Source: Clostridioides phage phiCD418. From it: a stretch of DNA of 53,311 bases. A program made the translations under genes and the position numbers. How positions within the stretch are numbered: position 1 is the stretch's first letter; the number at the start of each line of letters is the position of its first letter. Below are positions 38,808 through 48,193 of this stretch, piece after piece. The stretch lies in sequence record MW512573.1; one strand, written 5' to 3'. The notes beneath the pieces were generated by a model. The model was not told the DNA's origin. It saw nothing but the letters and a program-made list of their open reading frames with translations, and searched no databases.

Positions 38808-39317
38808 ATGAGTACTTTATATGAATTAACTACAGATTTATTAGAAATAGAAGAAGGTTTAACAGAAATAACAGGAAATGAAGCTGAAAAACTAGAGGAA
38901 ATAAAAGAAATAATAAAACAAGAGATACAAAATAAAAACACTAGGATAGTTTCAGTAATATTAAACATTGACAGTGATATAAACTCTATAGATTCAGAGA
39001 TTAAAAGATTGCAAGAGTTGAAAAGGGTCAAAAAGAATACTCTTGATAGATTAAAAAGCAATATAAAAGACTGTATGGAATTACTTGGTACTAAAAAAGT
39101 AGAAACAGTTTTAGGAAATATAAGTATAAGAAAGTCAGCAGGTAGCTTAGTCATAGAAGATGAAGAAAAGATACCTGCTATATATAAAACAGTAGAGCAA
39201 GTTGTAAAAGTAGATAAGAACACTATTAAAGATTTTATTAAAAAAGGTCATGAGGTTGAAGGTTGCAGGATTGAATATGGAACTACACTAACAATTCCAA
39301 AAGCTAAAAAAGAGTAG
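38808..39317 (+). CDS. Gp157-like protein (Siphovirus Gp157 family)
   Basis: MSTLYELTTDLLEIEEGLTEITGNE...: acidic N-terminal helix and overall size match the Gp157 family that often precedes recombinase genes. Confidence 0.5.
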   Translation: MSTLYELTTDLLEIEEGLTEITGNEAEKLEEIKEIIKQEIQNKNTRIVSVILNIDSDINSIDSEIKRLQELKRVKKNTLDRLKSNIKDCMELLGTKKVETVLGNISIRKSAGSLVIEDEEKIPAIYKTVEQVVKVDKNTIKDFIKKGHEVEGCRIEYGTTLTIPKAKKE

Positions 39318-39326
39318 GTGAGGACC

Positions 39327-39935
39327 ATGGAAACTAATAATGTTTATATAAAACTTGTAAATATACAGAGTACTTTAAAAGCTCCTAAAAGTCAATTTAA
39401 TAGCTTTGGTAAATACAACTATAGGAGTTGTGAGGATATACTAGAAGGTTTAAAACCTATTCTAAAGGAAGAAAAAGCATTAGTTATATTGGATGATAAT
39501 ATTGTTCAGATAGGAAATAGATTTTATGTAGAAGCTACAGCAACTTTAATAGATGCAGAAACAGGAGAGAAAGTATCTACAAAGGCATTAGCTAGAGAAG
39601 ATGAAACTAAAAAAGGTATGGATTTAGCACAAGTAACTGGAAGTGTATCAAGTTATGCAAGAAAGTACGCTTTAAATGGATTATTTTGTATTGATGATAC
39701 AAAAGATAGTGATGCAACAAATAAACATGGAAATGAGCAGAAAAAAAAAGAAGTTAATGAGAGTGAATTAAATACACTATATTCGCTAGGAGAATCTATA
39801 GAAAAAGATAAAAATAGAGTTGATAGTGAAGTATATAAGAAGTTTGGAAAGTTAGCAGTAGATTTGACTAAGCAAGAGTATGAGAAAGTTTTAAATGGAT
39901 ATAAGAGCATTTTAGAGAAGCAAAAACAAGAGTAG
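39327..39935 (+). CDS. ERF-family single-strand annealing recombinase
   Basis: FGKYNYRSCEDILEGLKPIL...YVEATATLIDAETGEKVSTKALARE...SYARKYALNGLF matches ERF superfamily conserved blocks. RBS aggtgagg. Confidence 0.75.
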   Translation: METNNVYIKLVNIQSTLKAPKSQFNSFGKYNYRSCEDILEGLKPILKEEKALVILDDNIVQIGNRFYVEATATLIDAETGEKVSTKALAREDETKKGMDLAQVTGSVSSYARKYALNGLFCIDDTKDSDATNKHGNEQKKKEVNESELNTLYSLGESIEKDKNRVDSEVYKKFGKLAVDLTKQEYEKVLNGYKSILEKQKQE

Positions 39936-40826
39936 GTGATAGTATTGGGGATTATAAGAGTAAGCAAAGACAAAGATAATCCATATGTAGTTTTAAATAA
40001 AACTTGTTTGGAAGATGTAAAATTAAGCTGGCAAGCAAAAGGTTTACATTCATATCTGATTAGTAAGCCCGACCACTGGAAAATCTATGTTAATGACCTT
40101 TGCAAGAGAAGTAAAAATGGAAGAGATGCTACAGCAAATATTTTAAAAGAACTTATAGAAAATGGATATATAACAAGAAAACCTTGTAGAGATTCTAATA
40201 CTAATAAAATGCTTGGAGGGTATGATTATGAAGTATATGAGATACCACTTGAAAATCCTCAGAAGCTAAAATCCCGAAAAACTGATTTCCCGGAAACCGG
40301 ATTTCCCGGAAACCGGGTTTCTCGGAAACCGGAAAACACGGAAGTAGTAAGTAATGACTTTAAAGTAAATAATGATATTACTACTATTGTTATTAATGAA
40401 CAATCCAATAAAGACAAAACCACCTATATAAAAAAATACTTTGAAAAATATATAGGTGTGATTACTCCTAATAACTTTATAGAGTTAATGAGTTACTTAG
40501 ATGATGGAATGGAAGCTGATGTAATTATAAGAGCTATTGATGAAGCAATATCAAATGGAGTTAAGAATTATAAGTATGTAAAGACAATATTAAACAATTG
40601 GATAGAAGCAGGTGTAAAAACTAATTTAGAACTTACAGAGTATCAAAATGAGTTTGAGAGGAAGAAAAAGAGTAAACAGGAGAAGAAACAGTCTAATAAT
40701 AAAGCTGTGAATACTCATAATGTGAATAAAAATAAATTTGCTAACTTCAATCAGACTTTCACTCAATATGAAGAAAAAGAGCTAGATGAGATTATTAAAA
40801 AGAGTCAGAAGGAAAAATTTAAATAA
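39936..40826 (+). CDS. Replication initiator / replisome organiser with DnaD-like C-terminal domain
   Basis: GTG start adjacent to the ERF stop. C-terminal YFEKYIGVITPNNFIELMSYLDDGMEADVIIRAIDEAISNGVKNYKYVKTILNNWIEAGVKT is a DnaD-domain pattern. Contains internal iterons. Confidence 0.65.
   Translation: MIVLGIIRVSKDKDNPYVVLNKTCLEDVKLSWQAKGLHSYLISKPDHWKIYVNDLCKRSKNGRDATANILKELIENGYITRKPCRDSNTNKMLGGYDYEVYEIPLENPQKLKSRKTDFPETGFPGNRVSRKPENTEVVSNDFKVNNDITTIVINEQSNKDKTTYIKKYFEKYIGVITPNNFIELMSYLDDGMEADVIIRAIDEAISNGVKNYKYVKTILNNWIEAGVKTNLELTEYQNEFERKKKSKQEKKQSNNKAVNTHNVNKNKFANFNQTFTQYEEKELDEIIKKSQKEKFK
40271..40333 (+). repeat. Iteron array (about 4 x 16 bp TTTCCCGGAAACCGGA) inside the initiator gene - candidate replication origin
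   Basis: Tandem copies at 40286, 40302 and 40318 plus a degenerate copy at 40271. Same arrangement as the lambda O-gene iterons. Confidence 0.55.
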
Positions 40827-40885
40827 AATTAAACTTCTAGGAAGTAAATATCAATATATTGTTTCCTGGAAAAGGGAGGTATAAA

Positions 40886-41059
40886 ATGGCGAGAATATAT
40901 GCACAAAGAAGTGGTTCTTTAAATGAGCAGGATAGATTGGAATTGTTAAGATTACTTGGGAAAGCTGGATATACAGTAAAGATTGCTAGAGAGAAGCAAA
41001 ATAGCAAGACAACTTATACTTACTTTGTTGAGTATACAGAAGAGCAGGAAGAAAAATAG
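40886..41059 (+). CDS. Hypothetical small protein
   Basis: ATG at 40886 after RBS gggaggtat. 57 aa. Confidence 0.35.
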   Translation: MARIYAQRSGSLNEQDRLELLRLLGKAGYTVKIAREKQNSKTTYTYFVEYTEEQEEK

Positions 41060-41074
41060 AAGGGGGCTAGTTAA

Positions 41075-41482
41075 ATGAATACAATAACTTTAGTTGGAAG
41101 ATTAGTTGCAGATGCAGAATTGAAGTACCTTCCAAATTCAGGTACTCCAAAAATAACCTTTTCAATGGCAGTAGATAGAAGGTTTAAAGATAAAAATGGA
41201 AATAAAATAACTGATTTTATTCAATGTGAGCAATTAGGAAAACATGTAGAGAATTTAGTGCAATATCTTGTTAAAGGTAAGCCTATATATGCTGTTGGAG
41301 AGTTAAATATATATAATTACAAAGATGAAAATGGTTGCTGGAAATCTATTACTAAGGTTAATGTAAATGCTTTAGAACTACTTTCTAGTAAAAATGATAA
41401 TAATGCTAAACAAGAATATGTACCACCAGGATTAGACCCACAAGGTTTTCAAGCAATAGATGATGACGATATACCTTTTTAA
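41075..41482 (+). CDS. ssb: Single-stranded DNA-binding protein
   Basis: OB-fold pattern ITLVGRLVADAELKYLPNSGTPKITFSMAVDRRFKDKNG and acidic C-terminal tail DDDDIPF. Confidence 0.9.
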   Translation: MNTITLVGRLVADAELKYLPNSGTPKITFSMAVDRRFKDKNGNKITDFIQCEQLGKHVENLVQYLVKGKPIYAVGELNIYNYKDENGCWKSITKVNVNALELLSSKNDNNAKQEYVPPGLDPQGFQAIDDDDIPF

Positions 41483-41551
41483 TTAAGTTAAATAGTCTAG
41501 GGAGTAATTATACAATATTACTTCCTAAAAGTTAAAAATGGAGGGATAAAG

Positions 41552-41713
41552 ATGAGTAGAACAGCTATATGTAGTGTTTGTGGGGAGTTTTTAGTTGACA
41601 GTTATGGTGATAAATTTACAAATGCTAAAGTTATAGATTTGTATGGTAGAGAATTTGTAATTGTTATATGTAAGAGTTGCTTAGAAGAATTATTAAGAAA
41701 ATGTGAGGACTAA
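41552..41713 (+). CDS. Small zinc-ribbon-like protein (CxxC...CxxC)
   Basis: 53 aa MSRTAICSVCGEF...VICKSCLEEL. RBS ggaggga. Confidence 0.3.
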   Translation: MSRTAICSVCGEFLVDSYGDKFTNAKVIDLYGREFVIVICKSCLEELLRKCED

Positions 41714-41716
41714 CAA

Positions 41717-41939
41717 TATGAGATTTGAGATAGGTAAAACTTATAAGTTTGATAAAGAGAAATTTATGGAAATTAATGGTGTAGAACAACATAAAAAATA
41801 TAAAGAACTTTGGATTGATGATATTGAAGGTGTTGAATTTACTGTTGAAAAAACTTTTGATGATGGCTATGTTTGCTATCCAAATGAATTTTGGTTTAAT
41901 TTTGGTGTAGTTTCGGAATGGTGTGTTGAAGTTAAATAA
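41717..41939 (+). CDS. Hypothetical protein
   Basis: 74 aa from the internal ATG (MRFEIGKTYKF...). Confidence 0.35.
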
Positions 41940-41956
41940 GGTAGGAGGAATTAGAT

Positions 41957-42337
41957 ATGGCTAAAATTTGGTTAGATGCAGGAACGTTTTTAGAAAAAAC
42001 TATTGATATAGAAGATATGTTTGAACTTAATTTAAGAGCAATAAGAAAGAGAAATGAAAAAATAAAAAATGAAATTGAGAAACAAATAAAATATGAAGAT
42101 TCAGAAATAAAAACTACAAATCGTGGTGGACCAGGAAAAATTATAAAAATTTTCAATATAAATACTGGAGAGGTAAAGATTCTTAAGAGTGCTGAAGAAG
42201 CAAGTAGATATATAAAGGTTAGTCGTAGCTATGCAAGTTATTTAGCTAGAGAAAATAAATCAACTGAGGATGGTTGGAAAGCAGAGTATATTCAAGGAGC
42301 GACAGATGGTATTAGCAAATGTGGAACAAGTAATTAA
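41957..42337 (+). CDS. Hypothetical protein with C-terminal HTH-like segment
   Basis: 126 aa. KILKSAEEASRYIKVSRSYASYLAREN resembles an HTH. RBS aggagg. Confidence 0.4.
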   Translation: MAKIWLDAGTFLEKTIDIEDMFELNLRAIRKRNEKIKNEIEKQIKYEDSEIKTTNRGGPGKIIKIFNINTGEVKILKSAEEASRYIKVSRSYASYLARENKSTEDGWKAEYIQGATDGISKCGTSN

Positions 42338-42441
42338 GTTAGCTGAAAAGATATTAAATAAGAAAAAGTGTTCTGTTAATAAAGCTATTGATATAGCTAT
42401 AAAAATATTGAGTAAATATGAGTACGAGGGGATGTTAAGAA

Positions 42442-42900
42442 ATGAGTCTAATTAAGTATAGAGGTTATGATTTTGAGAATGAGAAGTGGATTTATTCTGA
42501 AACAATAAAGTGGAGTGATGCAGTAGATTGTTTATTTATGCTAAAAGAAGATTGTGAATGGCAAAGAGTATCTAATATTGGAGTATTCTCTAAATGTTGG
42601 TCTGGAAATAATGAAGAAATTTATGAGGGAGATATATTGAAAGAACCCTATAATACTAAAAATAAATATGAATATGGAATTGTAAGACAAGAAAATTATG
42701 CTCTTGAATTATATGTTGAATGGCATTATTTAAAGCGATTTGAAGGTAAATGGGAGGAAATTACAAGTAAAGCAACTATAATGAATAGCAAAAAATATGT
42801 AGTAGTTGGTAATGAATGCGAGAATTTGGAAGAAGTTAGAAAAGAATTTTTAGAGAGTAAGGAGAAACTTGAGAATGAAAATACAAATGCAGTTAACTAA
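42442..42900 (+). CDS. YopX-like protein
   Basis: 152 aa. The N-terminal beta-rich region with IYEGDIL motif resembles the YopX family common in Firmicute phage early regions. Confidence 0.45.
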   Translation: MSLIKYRGYDFENEKWIYSETIKWSDAVDCLFMLKEDCEWQRVSNIGVFSKCWSGNNEEIYEGDILKEPYNTKNKYEYGIVRQENYALELYVEWHYLKRFEGKWEEITSKATIMNSKKYVVVGNECENLEEVRKEFLESKEKLENENTNAVN

Positions 42901-43029
42901 AGATAAAGAGAGTTTCAAAGTTTGTGTAAATTCAGAAGAAGAAGAGTTAGAGAAATTGTTTGATGAACTTGTATCACAAATGTTAGCTTGTAGAAGAAAA
43001 AATAAGAAAGTTCAAGGAGATATTGAGAA

Positions 43030-43203
43030 ATGAAATTAAAAGATATTATAAAACTTGGAGAAAAGTATTGTTATTGTCCTCATTGTGGTAATGACAAGAT
43101 TGGAAGTAACGAAGGCAAATTAATAGTTGAAGAACACACATATTATAGAGAATGTTCTTGTGGATTTAGTATATTGATTGATGATAGAAAGGATGAGATA
43201 TAA
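43030..43203 (+). CDS. Small zinc-ribbon protein
   Basis: 57 aa MKLKDIIKLGEKYCYCPHCGND...RECSCGF with two CxxC pairs. Not in the ORF track. Confidence 0.3.
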   Translation: MKLKDIIKLGEKYCYCPHCGNDKIGSNEGKLIVEEHTYYRECSCGFSILIDDRKDEI

Positions 43204-43482
43204 TGAACATCTTGGCTAGTGTGCTACTGATAGGAATTAGTTTTGTTGTTGGTAGGGTTTATGAGTATAGATTGAATCTGAAAGAGTGTGAAAATTATGA
43301 TAATATAGGAGGTTTTAAGAATGAATGATAGATTAGAAATGATAAATGCTTCTGTAAATTATATACAGATGATATGTGAAAGTTCAAATATAGCTATTAT
43401 AGCAGAGCATGACCGAGTTAGAATATTGGATTTAGAAACTAAAGAAAAGTATGACCTATTAAGAAGTGAGGGGGATTAAAAA

Positions 43483-43806
43483 ATGAGTAAAGTTATACAA
43501 TGTGATTTCTGTAAGGAAATATTTGAAAAATATAATGGAGAATGTATTGAGCTATATAAAAAGGATTGTAGCAAAGGGGTGCTTGGGATAGATAAACACA
43601 TATGCCCAACTTGTTATGAAAAATTCATTGAAGGAAAAATAGAGAAAGTAGAAAATGCTAAAAGATTTAAGGATAAATTAATAGACTTCTTGGTTGAGCA
43701 TGAGGTTTGTGACTGTTGTGCTTGCGACTGTGTGTTTGATTCTAATGACGAAAAAAAATGCAAGGCAGGAATTAGAGAGTGGGTTGAAAGTGAGGTAGAA
43801 GAATAA
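43483..43806 (+). CDS. Cysteine-rich hypothetical protein
   Basis: 107 aa with CDFC...CPTC...CDCCACDC. RBS ggggatt. Confidence 0.4.
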   Translation: MSKVIQCDFCKEIFEKYNGECIELYKKDCSKGVLGIDKHICPTCYEKFIEGKIEKVENAKRFKDKLIDFLVEHEVCDCCACDCVFDSNDEKKCKAGIREWVESEVEE

Positions 43807-43807
43807 T

Positions 43808-44107
43808 ATGGCAAAATTAATAGTTAGCATACCTTTAACTAAATATTTAAAAGATATAACTAAAGAATGGGGAGAAACTTATATAACTAAAACATATGGT
43901 GGGCATGTCTATTTAAGTGATGAAGCTCCAGGAGAAGTATTTAAAAAAGAAGATGATTTAAATTATATAGAGTTTAACGATTCTGATATTGTCATGAGAT
44001 TACCTAAAGAAGTACATCAACATATAAATTTGAAAAAAGGTTGCAACAAGAATCTTAAAGATGTATTAAAAGAAATAAAAAAGATAGAAGAGAAAACAAA
44101 TATATAG
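43808..44107 (+). CDS. Hypothetical protein
   Basis: 99 aa ORF, ATGG-coupled to the previous gene. Confidence 0.4.
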   Translation: MAKLIVSIPLTKYLKDITKEWGETYITKTYGGHVYLSDEAPGEVFKKEDDLNYIEFNDSDIVMRLPKEVHQHINLKKGCNKNLKDVLKEIKKIEEKTNI

Positions 44108-44134
44108 AAAATATCTAATTAAAACAGTTTAGAG

Positions 44135-44207
44135 AGTTGCAAAATATCTTTTAGTATAATTTATTGTTGAAGTGTTTTGTGACTCTCAAAAATGAAATAA
44201 AGGAGGC
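44135..44207 (+). repeat. Direct repeat copy 1 (promoter/RBS-containing, about 72 bp) upstream of the methyltransferase gene
   Basis: AGTTGCAAAATATCTTTTAGTATAAT...GAAGTGTTTTGTGACTCTCAAAAATGAAATAAAGGAGG recurs about 85% identical at 45289-45358. Confidence 0.55.
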
Positions 44208-44213
44208 GTTGTA

Positions 44214-45287
44214 TTGCTTACATTTTTAGATTTATTCGCAGGGATAGGTGGCTTTAGGCTAGGGATGGAAAAAGCAGGACATAAATGTTTGGGACATTGC
44301 GAATATGATAAATTCGCAAATTTAAGTTATAATGCCATGCACAAACCGAAGGAGGATGAATGGTTTGAAAGAGATATTAGAGAAATTAGAACAGAAAATA
44401 TCCCAAGAGCAGATGTCTGGTGTTTTGGATTCCCATGTCAAGACATTTCTGTTGCAGGGAAACAATTTGGATTCAGAGGAGAACGTTCAAGTTTATTTTT
44501 TACAGTTACAAAACTTATTAGAGAACTCAAAGAAGAAGATAGACCCAAGTATTTACTTATTGAAAACGTTAAAAATCTACTTAGTGTTAATGGAGGATTT
44601 GATTTCCTCAAAGTTCTCGTTGAACTGGATGAAATCGGCTATGATGCAGAGTGGCAAGTTCTTAATTCTAAAAACTTCGGAGTACCCCAAAATAGAGAAC
44701 GAATATTCATTGTTGGACATTTTAGAGGACGAAGTACACGAAAAGTATTTCCTATCGAAAGAAAAAGTGGAAAAAATCTTGAGCAACTAAATAATCCAAC
44801 TCATAGTACAAATAGAATTTATGATGCAGTTGGAGTTGCTAGATGTATTAGAAGTCAGGCAGGAGGTGGAGGTGCTAAAACAGGTCTATACTTTATAGAC
44901 TTAAATAAAAACTCTAAAGTAACAATAAATGCTAGATGCCTTAAAGCAAAATATAATGCAGGTGTGACAAATAGAAATTGTGATAATAGTGGAGTTTTAG
45001 TTAATGCAGTTTTAACGCCCGATAGGGTAAATAAAAGACAAAATGGTCGTAGAATTAAAGAAAGCGGAGAACCAATGTTCACATTGACAGCTCAAGATAA
45101 ACATGGAATTTTGAAAAATGGAGATATAAGAAGGTTAACACCAAAGGAATGCTTTAGGTTGCAAGGATTTCCGGATAAATATTACGAAAGAGCAGCAAGT
45201 GTATGCTCAGATAGTCAACTGTACAAGCAAGCAGGAAATGCTGTTACTGCAAATGTTGTATATGAAATAGCAAAAAGAATGGGCTAA
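44214..45287 (+). CDS. DNA (cytosine-5)-methyltransferase
   Basis: Motif I FLDLFAGIGGFRLG, motif IV GFPCQDISVAGKQ, motif VI ENVKNL, C-terminal QAGNAV. TTG start after RBS aaggagg. Confidence 0.9.
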   Translation: MLTFLDLFAGIGGFRLGMEKAGHKCLGHCEYDKFANLSYNAMHKPKEDEWFERDIREIRTENIPRADVWCFGFPCQDISVAGKQFGFRGERSSLFFTVTKLIRELKEEDRPKYLLIENVKNLLSVNGGFDFLKVLVELDEIGYDAEWQVLNSKNFGVPQNRERIFIVGHFRGRSTRKVFPIERKSGKNLEQLNNPTHSTNRIYDAVGVARCIRSQAGGGGAKTGLYFIDLNKNSKVTINARCLKAKYNAGVTNRNCDNSGVLVNAVLTPDRVNKRQNGRRIKESGEPMFTLTAQDKHGILKNGDIRRLTPKECFRLQGFPDKYYERAASVCSDSQLYKQAGNAVTANVVYEIAKRMG

Positions 45288-45288
45288 A

Positions 45289-45358
45289 AGTTGCAAAATG
45301 TCTTTTAGTATGAATATTTTTGAAGTGTTTTGTAACTCTCAAATGAAAATAAGGGGTG
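45289..45358 (+). repeat. Direct repeat copy 2 downstream of the methyltransferase gene
   Basis: AGTTGCAAAATGTCTTTTAGTATGAATATTTTTGAAGTGTTTTGTAACTCTCAAATGAAAATAAGGGGTGG. Supplies the RBS/promoter for the 45365 gene. Confidence 0.55.
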
Positions 45359-45364
45359 GGATAA

Positions 45365-45574
45365 ATGTATGAATATATATTAAGATGGCAAATAGGATTA
45401 TCGTTAGAAAATAGAAAAATACATTATACATATGGAAGTAAAGAAGCTTTAAGAAAGAAAGCAAAGGCATTGGCTAAAGATGAAAATATAGTACTAATAA
45501 CTATAGATAAGGTAGATGAAGTTATAAAAAATACTATAAGCGAGAAGATTATAGAACGCTTTAAAAATTTATAA
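45365..45574 (+). CDS. Hypothetical small protein
   Basis: 69 aa ORF with RBS from repeat copy 2. Confidence 0.35.
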   Translation: MYEYILRWQIGLSLENRKIHYTYGSKEALRKKAKALAKDENIVLITIDKVDEVIKNTISEKIIERFKNL

Positions 45575-45585
45575 GGGGTGAAATT

Positions 45586-46590
45586 ATGATAATACACAAA
45601 TTTATAATACATGTTTTAGATAAGAATAGCGATACACCAATACTAAATGACTTTGAGGGTAGAGTCAGTCAAGATATTGAAGCTTTCTTTCAAAAGAAGA
45701 TAAGCAAAGTATCAAGAGATAATGACATCAGAACAGCAGTATTTAATGACTATAGTAACAATCTAATTAAGAAGTGTTGTGAACAAATTATTTATGATGA
45801 AAGTTCATTTTTAAATAACTCTAAAGAGATTGCAGCTTACTTATTTGATGTTATGAAGCTTAATGCTACATTAGAATCTTGTGACTTAGCAATTTGCTTA
45901 TACTCTCAAAAAGATGAAAAGAAAGTTGCTATATTAAAACTTGATTACAACAAGTCATATACTCATTCAATCGAGTTTAAAGATGATAAATTTAATATAC
46001 AGATGTCAGCTAATGAAGTTAATATACAAGAAACTAAAACGGTCAAAGTTGCTGCTTTGGTTGGATTAAGTGGAATGAATGATGAATACCATCTTAGGGT
46101 TTTAGACAAGGATGCAGAAAAGGAAGAAGCTAATTCTAAGTTTGTTACAGAGTTTTTAAATGCTACTAAAGTGAAAGATGACAAGTACAAGACTAAGAAG
46201 TTCAAAAATACAGCTGAGAATTGGATAACTAATGCTCTTAGTAATGATATAAAACAAGCAGAGGATGTAAGAAGTATATTAAATTATACTTTGATAGAAA
46301 AGCATGAAATTGATATAAATGATTTTGTTGATAAAACAATTAAAGATGATAAGTTAAAAGATAGTTTTAAAGAACATATGGAAGAAAAAGGTCTTGATGA
46401 AGGATTTAGTATAGATAAAAAATGGGTTGAGAAAAAGCTTAAAAAGAGAAATATAAAAACTGACAATGGCTTTGATATAAAAGGTAATCTGACTGATTTT
46501 GAGGACCCAATGAAATATACAGTAAGACAAAATCAAAATGGGTCTATAGATATAATTATTAAGAATGTAACCTTTTATGAGGAAAAGTAG
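45586..46590 (+). CDS. Hypothetical protein (weak nucleoid-associated-protein-like N-terminus)
   Basis: 334 aa. N-terminus MIIHKFIIHVLDKNSD is reminiscent of NdpA/NA37-type starts. Not verified. Confidence 0.35.
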   Translation: MIIHKFIIHVLDKNSDTPILNDFEGRVSQDIEAFFQKKISKVSRDNDIRTAVFNDYSNNLIKKCCEQIIYDESSFLNNSKEIAAYLFDVMKLNATLESCDLAICLYSQKDEKKVAILKLDYNKSYTHSIEFKDDKFNIQMSANEVNIQETKTVKVAALVGLSGMNDEYHLRVLDKDAEKEEANSKFVTEFLNATKVKDDKYKTKKFKNTAENWITNALSNDIKQAEDVRSILNYTLIEKHEIDINDFVDKTIKDDKLKDSFKEHMEEKGLDEGFSIDKKWVEKKLKKRNIKTDNGFDIKGNLTDFEDPMKYTVRQNQNGSIDIIIKNVTFYEEK

Positions 46591-46671
46591 GTACTCATGT
46601 GACTGTTGGCTAGAGAAGGAGAAGTAAATAATAAGAGGATGTAAATTTAAACTAGTTAGGAGGAATAACTT

Positions 46672-47001
46672 ATGAAGATTTTTTTATTGACTATACTGCT
46701 AATAATTATTTGTATATTAGCAAATTATGTGAAAAATCGCATATATAAAAAATCTATAAATAATCTAAAATATAAATATTCTGTAGGGGAAAAGATTATA
46801 TATCATCAAATAAACTGTTACTATAACAGAATGGTTGGTTGTGAAATTTTAGAAAAATGTTATAGTACGAAATTTAGAAAAAGAAATACCCCGCTTTATA
46901 AAGTAAAAGCATATGTAGGTGATAACAATACAACGTGGGTTATACCAGAGTGGAGAATTGAATGTCTTGCTACGACTTATGGAGAATTTCCTAAATATTA
47001 A
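46672..47001 (+). CDS. Hypothetical protein with N-terminal TM helix
   Basis: 109 aa. MKIFLLTILLIIICILANYV signal/TM. RBS aggagg. Confidence 0.35.
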   Translation: MKIFLLTILLIIICILANYVKNRIYKKSINNLKYKYSVGEKIIYHQINCYYNRMVGCEILEKCYSTKFRKRNTPLYKVKAYVGDNNTTWVIPEWRIECLATTYGEFPKY

Positions 47002-47098
47002 ATAATAAAAATTGGTTGGAGTATAAATAGTCAAGGTAAGTTTGTGAATGAAACTAGAAGGCTATAGACTTACTTTGACTTATAAAAGAGGTGAGATT

Positions 47099-47362
47099 AT
47101 GATTACTACTCAAATGTATAAGATAAATAATGAGATATTTCTAAATGATTTATGTTTAGAAGAAAATAAGGAAATGACCATATGGGTAGAAAAGAATAAA
47201 GATACACATGAATTTATATGGTTAAAAATAGCAAATGTAAATGGCAAGTTAGCTATATTTATACAAGATATTGAAGATGCAGTAATAAAAGAATGGCAAG
47301 GTCAAATAGCATATAAAAAAGTTATATATCAAATAGAAGATGAACAAATTGAAATAGACTAA
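47099..47362 (+). CDS. Hypothetical protein
   Basis: ATG at 47099 after RBS aagaggtgag. 87 aa. Confidence 0.35.
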   Translation: MITTQMYKINNEIFLNDLCLEENKEMTIWVEKNKDTHEFIWLKIANVNGKLAIFIQDIEDAVIKEWQGQIAYKKVIYQIEDEQIEID

Positions 47363-47527
47363 ATAGGTGAGTTAAAAGGAAGTGATTCTTTGAAAAGGAT
47401 AAGATGCAGTTGGTGTGGGAAATTATTTTATATTGATGAAAAATCTAAGGGTGTTTATTGTTGTAAGGAATGTAGGAAAAAGGCTAAGAAGGCGAAGAAC
47501 TTTAATGAATAAGGAATACCATTTAAA

Positions 47528-47573
47528 ATAAAATAATTAGAAGGTAAAAAAATATATTTAGCCAATTATATTT
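47528..47573. terminator. Bidirectional rho-independent terminator (TAGAAGGTAAAAAA / TTTTTTACCTTCTA)
   Basis: 14-bp perfect inverted repeat with A-run and T-run arms. Lies between + strand genes and the minus-strand membrane genes. Confidence 0.55.
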
Positions 47574-47596
47574 TTTACCTTCTAAAAATAAAAAAC

Positions 47597-47971
47597 TTAA
47601 CTATTAAGATATTTGTGAGGTTTGTGTATCCAAAATAATAATATTGTTGCAAATAGAGGGCTAAACCAAAATGCTAGTAAAGTGTAAAGACTAGTATTTA
47701 AGGCATTTTTAGTCGCAACTCTATTACAAGCGATTAGTAGTATTATGGACAAAATATGAGCAATAATTTCTAATATATTTGAATTAAAGTCTTGAAAAAA
47801 GACTAAAAAAGAAAAAATATAAGAGATGCTCATACATATAAAAAAACAATAATTCAGTATTTTAAATTTTAATAGTTGTTTTTTATTATCGTTGATTGCC
47901 ATAAGTATTCCTAAAATTATAGACAGAATGATAAATGTATTTGATGCTTGTAAATAAGAAAGGATAGTCAT
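47597..47971 (-). CDS. Small integral membrane protein (about 4 TM)
   Basis: 124 aa, hydrophobic helices throughout. Minus strand, opposite to the surrounding genes. Confidence 0.5.
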   Translation of the reverse strand: MTILSYLQASNTFIILSIILGILMAINDNKKQLLKFKILNYCFFICMSISYIFSFLVFFQDFNSNILEIIAHILSIILLIACNRVATKNALNTSLYTLLAFWFSPLFATILLFWIHKPHKYLNS

Positions 47972-47989
47972 AAAATTATTCTCCTAATA

Positions 47990-48193
47990 TTAACTATAAA
48001 TTGTAAAAAAATAATATAAACAACTAATAACTGAATAACCAATAAAAAATGTAAATAAATAAAAAAGAAACTTTTTAAATCCATTTAATTTAAATCTTTT
48101 TTCTAACTTTTGACAAATGAAATTTATCGGAATAAAAACAAAAATCGCAATTAAAAAAGTTATTAAATACTTTGACACAGGGTAATAGTCCAT
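47990..48193 (-). CDS. Small membrane protein (2 TM)
   Basis: 67 aa. Minus-strand RBS gaggtga upstream of the ATG at 48193. The overlapping alternative-frame ORF 48090-48317 is judged less likely. Confidence 0.45.
   Translation of the reverse strand: MDYYPVSKYLITFLIAIFVFIPINFICQKLEKRFKLNGFKKFLFYLFTFFIGYSVISCLYYFFTIYS

Noticed and set aside
42270-42455. 61-aa ORF overlapping the 3' end of 41957-42337
   Set aside because: The long form lacks start context. A shorter version from ATG 42306 has a good RBS (aaggag) and may be real, but it overlaps the upstream gene by 32 nt. Too uncertain to list as a feature.
44332-44790. 152-aa + strand ORF overlapping the methyltransferase in another frame (and 44577-44786, 44855-45082 minus-strand ORFs)
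   Set aside because: Entirely inside a gene with unmistakable C5-MTase motifs in the primary frame. No independent RBS.
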